The position numbers were made by a program, and so were the translations under genes. A stretch of DNA of 64,000 bases. Source: an uncultured Verrucomicrobiae bacterium (lineage in GTDB: Bacteria; Verrucomicrobiota; Verrucomicrobiia; Chthoniobacterales; UBA10450). The stretch covers positions 1,344,001 to 1,408,000 of the forward strand of contig CAVTMK010000002.1 in assembly GCA_963735805.1 (NCBI GenBank), given 5' to 3'. Positions 60,835 to 64,000 of this stretch are shown piece after piece; within the stretch, counting starts at the first letter, position 1; each line of letters opens with the position of its first letter. The notes below the pieces were generated by a model, which was given only the letters and a program-made list of their open reading frames with translations, searched no databases and had not been told where the DNA came from.

Positions 60835-63669
60835 TTGCTGGAGATGAAAGGTGTCTCCCAATCTTTTGAAGCTGCGAGCGTTTCACCAGTAGCGCGGAAC
60901 GTAAACAGTTTCGGCGGCCCCTTTGATTGGCGACTGCCGGTGATCGGGTTTTGCGTGCTTGTTGGATATTATCTTGGCGCCAAAATTGGTTTTGCGCTCA
61001 CCTTTAAGCCGTATCCGGTTTCGGTCCTATGGCCTCCCAATTCGATCGTGATGGCAGCGCTTTTGCTAACGCCGCCGCGGATTTGGTGGTTCATCCTGCT
61101 TGCCGCTCTTCCGGCCCATTGCGCAGCGCAAATACAGAGTCACGTTCCGCCGCTGATGATTTTGTGCTGGTTCGTCAGTAACTCTTCGGAAGCTCTGATC
61201 GGCGCCGGCCTGACGCGCTACCTGGTACGTGGACCATTTCAATTCACAAGCCTTCGCAACGCGGCAATTTTTTGCCTCTGTGTAGTTTTCGCCGCTCCAT
61301 TTCTATCGTCCTTCCTGGATGCCGCGTTTGTAAGATGGAATGCCTGGGGGCAGGGCAGCTACTGGGAGCTGATCCGCATACGATTTTTTTCAAACGCTCT
61401 GGCGGCTTTAATCATCGTACCGTTGGTCGTAACGTGGGCGAGGAACGGAATTCTGGCCCTGCGAAGAGCTGGACGCGGCCGTTTGCTGGAGGCCGGCCTT
61501 ATGCTGCTGGGTCTCCTCTCGATTAGTTTACCTGTTCTTTATAATTTCGCACCGAGCAGGGATTCGGCTCTTCTCTTTCTTACCCTGCCGTTCCTGATTT
61601 GGGCAGCAACACGATTCGGCTCCCTGGGCGCGAGTACCGCTGTTTCAATCGTCGGCTTCCTGGCCATTTGGAGCGGATCCCACGGGCATGGGCCGTTCTC
61701 CGGTGGAACAGCCGAACAAAACACGCTTTCAATCCAAATATTTCTAATCGTCTTATCGATTCCAATGTTGTTCCTCGCTGCTGTGATCGAGGAACGCGCG
61801 ACTGGAGAAACCGAGCGGCGCGAAAGCGAGTCGCGTTTTCGGATCGTGGCGGATTCTGCGCCGGTCCTTATCTGGATGGCCGGTGTGGACAAACTCTGCA
61901 CTTTCTTCAACAAACCCTGGTTGCAGTTTACTGGCCGTAGTTTGGAGCAGGAAATGGGAAATGGCTGGGCCGAAGGCGTACACCCGGACGACTTACAGAG
62001 GTGTCTCAACATTTATATGGAGGCATTCGATGCGCGCAAAGCGTTTGTGATGCAATACCGGCTGCGACGTTGTGATGGCGAATATCGTTGGCTTTCGGAC
62101 CAGGGAGTTGCGCGCTATGACTCGAACGGAAAGTTTTCGGGATACATTGGCTCGTGCGTAGACGTCACAGACTTAATAAATAAGGATGAGGCCTTGCGCG
62201 AGTTCGAGGAACGAGTCGTTCTCGCAGCGGAGGCGACGCATCACGGAGTTTGGGAACTGGACACCGCTACGAACGAGCTCTGGATGTCTGATAAGGCGCG
62301 CTCCTTGTTTCAATTCGATTTGGAGGAGTGCGTCGACATGGCGATCGTTCAACGCCGTGTCCACCCGGAAGATCGTTTGCTTCGGGAGTCTGCCATAAGA
62401 AAAGCAATAGAAACCGAGGGTGATTACGCCCTTGAATATCGCCTCCTGTTACCCGATGGAAATCTTCGTTGGATCAGTGGGCATGGACGCTGCGTACCTG
62501 GGAAGTACGGCAAAGGCAAACGGCTCATCGGTGTTGCCGTGGACATCACGCCGGTGAAGGAGGCACAAGACTTGTTCCGTCTCGCCGCGGAAGGGTCGCA
62601 TTTGGGCGTCTGGCATTGGGATGAAATAGCGAAGACACTAACTTGGGACGGCGCAACTCGGGACATGTTCGGCGTTTCGACCGACGGAGAGATAACAATC
62701 GCCACATTTTATACAGCCTTGCATCCGGATGACGCAGAGCGAGTAAAACAGGCCTGGCGTCAGGCGCTCGAGTTACGGCTGCCATATCAAGTTGAATTCC
62801 GGACACAGAGAACGGACGGCACCATTCGCTGGGTCGATGCTCGTGGGCACGGGTACTACGATGAGGCAGGGAAACCGTTGTGGATGACTGGCGTGCTCTT
62901 CGACATCACTGATCGGAAAGAGGCGGAACTTCAGGCCCAGCAGAACCGGGAAGAACTGAGCCATCTGAGCCGAGTCGCGGCGATGGGGGAATTGACGGCA
63001 TCGATCGCCCATGAATTGAATCAGCCGCTCTCGGGTATAACGAGCAACGCTGCAGCTGGACAGCGCTTTATTGATCGCGGCAAAGTAGATCTTCGCGAAC
63101 TTCACGATCTGCTCGGTGACATCGTCGCTGACGGGCGCCGCGCCGGCGATGTGATTCGCGGCATCCAGGGTATGGTGAAAAAAGATGTCTCCGCCCACCG
63201 CCGAATTAATCTAAACGATATTGTAATCAGCGTGGTGCGCATGGTAAAACCAAGTGCCATGCTTCACTCCTGCGAGTTGGGTACTTTTCTGGACCCGGAT
63301 CTTCCCATGGTCGAAGGCGATCCGGTTCAGCTGCAACAAGTCTTGCTCAATCTCGTTATTAACGCGTTCGATGCGATGCACGACACGCCATTGAGCCGTC
63401 GCAAAGTGATAATCGCCACAGAGCGAGACGCCGATGGGGTCACTCGCGTTAGCGTGCGTGATTACGGAGTTGGTATTTCCGAGGAAGCGCGCCAGCGACT
63501 TTTCGAACACTTTTTCACCACAAAATCCAAGGGATTGGGAATGGGTCTCTCCATCGTGCGTTCAATCGTCGAATCACACGGCGGCACAATCGAGGCGGAA
63601 AATGCGGATGGCGGCGGCGCGCGCTTTCAGTTCACGATTCCAGCTGACCACCGAGAGGTGTTGGAATGA
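60835..63669 (+). CDS. MASE1-PAS-PAS-PAS histidine kinase
   Basis: MASE1 'VLWPPN', multiple TM segments, three PAS domains, 'IAHELNQPL', 'FFTTKSKGLGMGL'. Confidence 0.93.
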   Translation: MLEMKGVSQSFEAASVSPVARNVNSFGGPFDWRLPVIGFCVLVGYYLGAKIGFALTFKPYPVSVLWPPNSIVMAALLLTPPRIWWFILLAALPAHCAAQIQSHVPPLMILCWFVSNSSEALIGAGLTRYLVRGPFQFTSLRNAAIFCLCVVFAAPFLSSFLDAAFVRWNAWGQGSYWELIRIRFFSNALAALIIVPLVVTWARNGILALRRAGRGRLLEAGLMLLGLLSISLPVLYNFAPSRDSALLFLTLPFLIWAATRFGSLGASTAVSIVGFLAIWSGSHGHGPFSGGTAEQNTLSIQIFLIVLSIPMLFLAAVIEERATGETERRESESRFRIVADSAPVLIWMAGVDKLCTFFNKPWLQFTGRSLEQEMGNGWAEGVHPDDLQRCLNIYMEAFDARKAFVMQYRLRRCDGEYRWLSDQGVARYDSNGKFSGYIGSCVDVTDLINKDEALREFEERVVLAAEATHHGVWELDTATNELWMSDKARSLFQFDLEECVDMAIVQRRVHPEDRLLRESAIRKAIETEGDYALEYRLLLPDGNLRWISGHGRCVPGKYGKGKRLIGVAVDITPVKEAQDLFRLAAEGSHLGVWHWDEIAKTLTWDGATRDMFGVSTDGEITIATFYTALHPDDAERVKQAWRQALELRLPYQVEFRTQRTDGTIRWVDARGHGYYDEAGKPLWMTGVLFDITDRKEAELQAQQNREELSHLSRVAAMGELTASIAHELNQPLSGITSNAAAGQRFIDRGKVDLRELHDLLGDIVADGRRAGDVIRGIQGMVKKDVSAHRRINLNDIVISVVRMVKPSAMLHSCELGTFLDPDLPMVEGDPVQLQQVLLNLVINAFDAMHDTPLSRRKVIIATERDADGVTRVSVRDYGVGISEEARQRLFEHFFTTKSKGLGMGLSIVRSIVESHGGTIEAENADGGGARFQFTIPADHREVLE

Positions 63670-64000
63670 TCTCGTCAGACAACCTGGTATTCTTGATCGA
63701 CGACGATCCCTCAGTCCGAAAAGGTGTGTCTCGGCTATTGCGGTCGGCAGGCTATAAGAACGAAGCGTTTGAGTCAGCGTCCGACTTTCTTGCGCGAGAG
63801 CAACATCCCGGACCCACATGTGTCATTGTGGACGTGCGTATGCCAGGTCTCAACGGGATGGATCTGCAGGAAACTTTGATCGAGCGCCGCCGGGAGGAAC
63901 AGCTCATTTTTATTACCGGGCACGGCGACATCTCGATGTGCGCTCAGGCGATGAAGGCAGGCGCAGTCGATTTTCTTCCAAAGCCGTTTCGCGATGATGA
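63666..64000 (+). CDS. FixJ/NodW/TodT-type response regulator, 3'-truncated
   Basis: Hand translation MISSDNLVFLIDDDPSVRK...DVRMPGLNGMDLQ...FITGHGDISMCAQAMKAGAVDFLPKPF; ATGA-coupled to the kinase. Confidence 0.9.
   Translation, partial: MISSDNLVFLIDDDPSVRKGVSRLLRSAGYKNEAFESASDFLAREQHPGPTCVIVDVRMPGLNGMDLQETLIERRREEQLIFITGHGDISMCAQAMKAGAVDFLPKPFRDD

Overview
A 64-kb GC-rich accessory region. The gene content (an NTAxG-repeat adhesin-like protein, a DUF3300/DUF2950 pair, many short orphan ORFs) suggests a soil Verrucomicrobium of the Chthoniobacterales/'Ca. Udaeobacter' type; this is inference, not a database result. It encodes an amino-acid decarboxylase/antiporter operon (Orn/Lys/Arg decarboxylase, aspT, aspD, OprD-type porin, second aspT), CAX+PPK2, DUF3302-HlyD-OMF, SulP, an arylsulfatase, two phospholipase D paralogs, three FixL/NodV-like histidine kinases and a FixJ/NodW-type response regulator cut by the window end. 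Main non-coding observation: a 16-bp palindromic box, best example TAGGAC-N4-GTCCTA and similar to the DosR/DevR box, recurs in ten promoters. In each it abuts a -35-like hexamer and lies 23-24 bp upstream of a -10-like hexamer, which points to a single activator regulon across the island. Two of these promoters drive paralogous, conserved, apparently structured ~190-nt non-coding leaders upstream of a small 'HQIHxYTEL' protein. A further ~120-nt candidate small RNA is closed by a perfect 16-bp stem. About ten genes carry single-base insertions, most likely sequencing errors. No rRNA, tRNA, CRISPR array, integrase or transposase was recognised.
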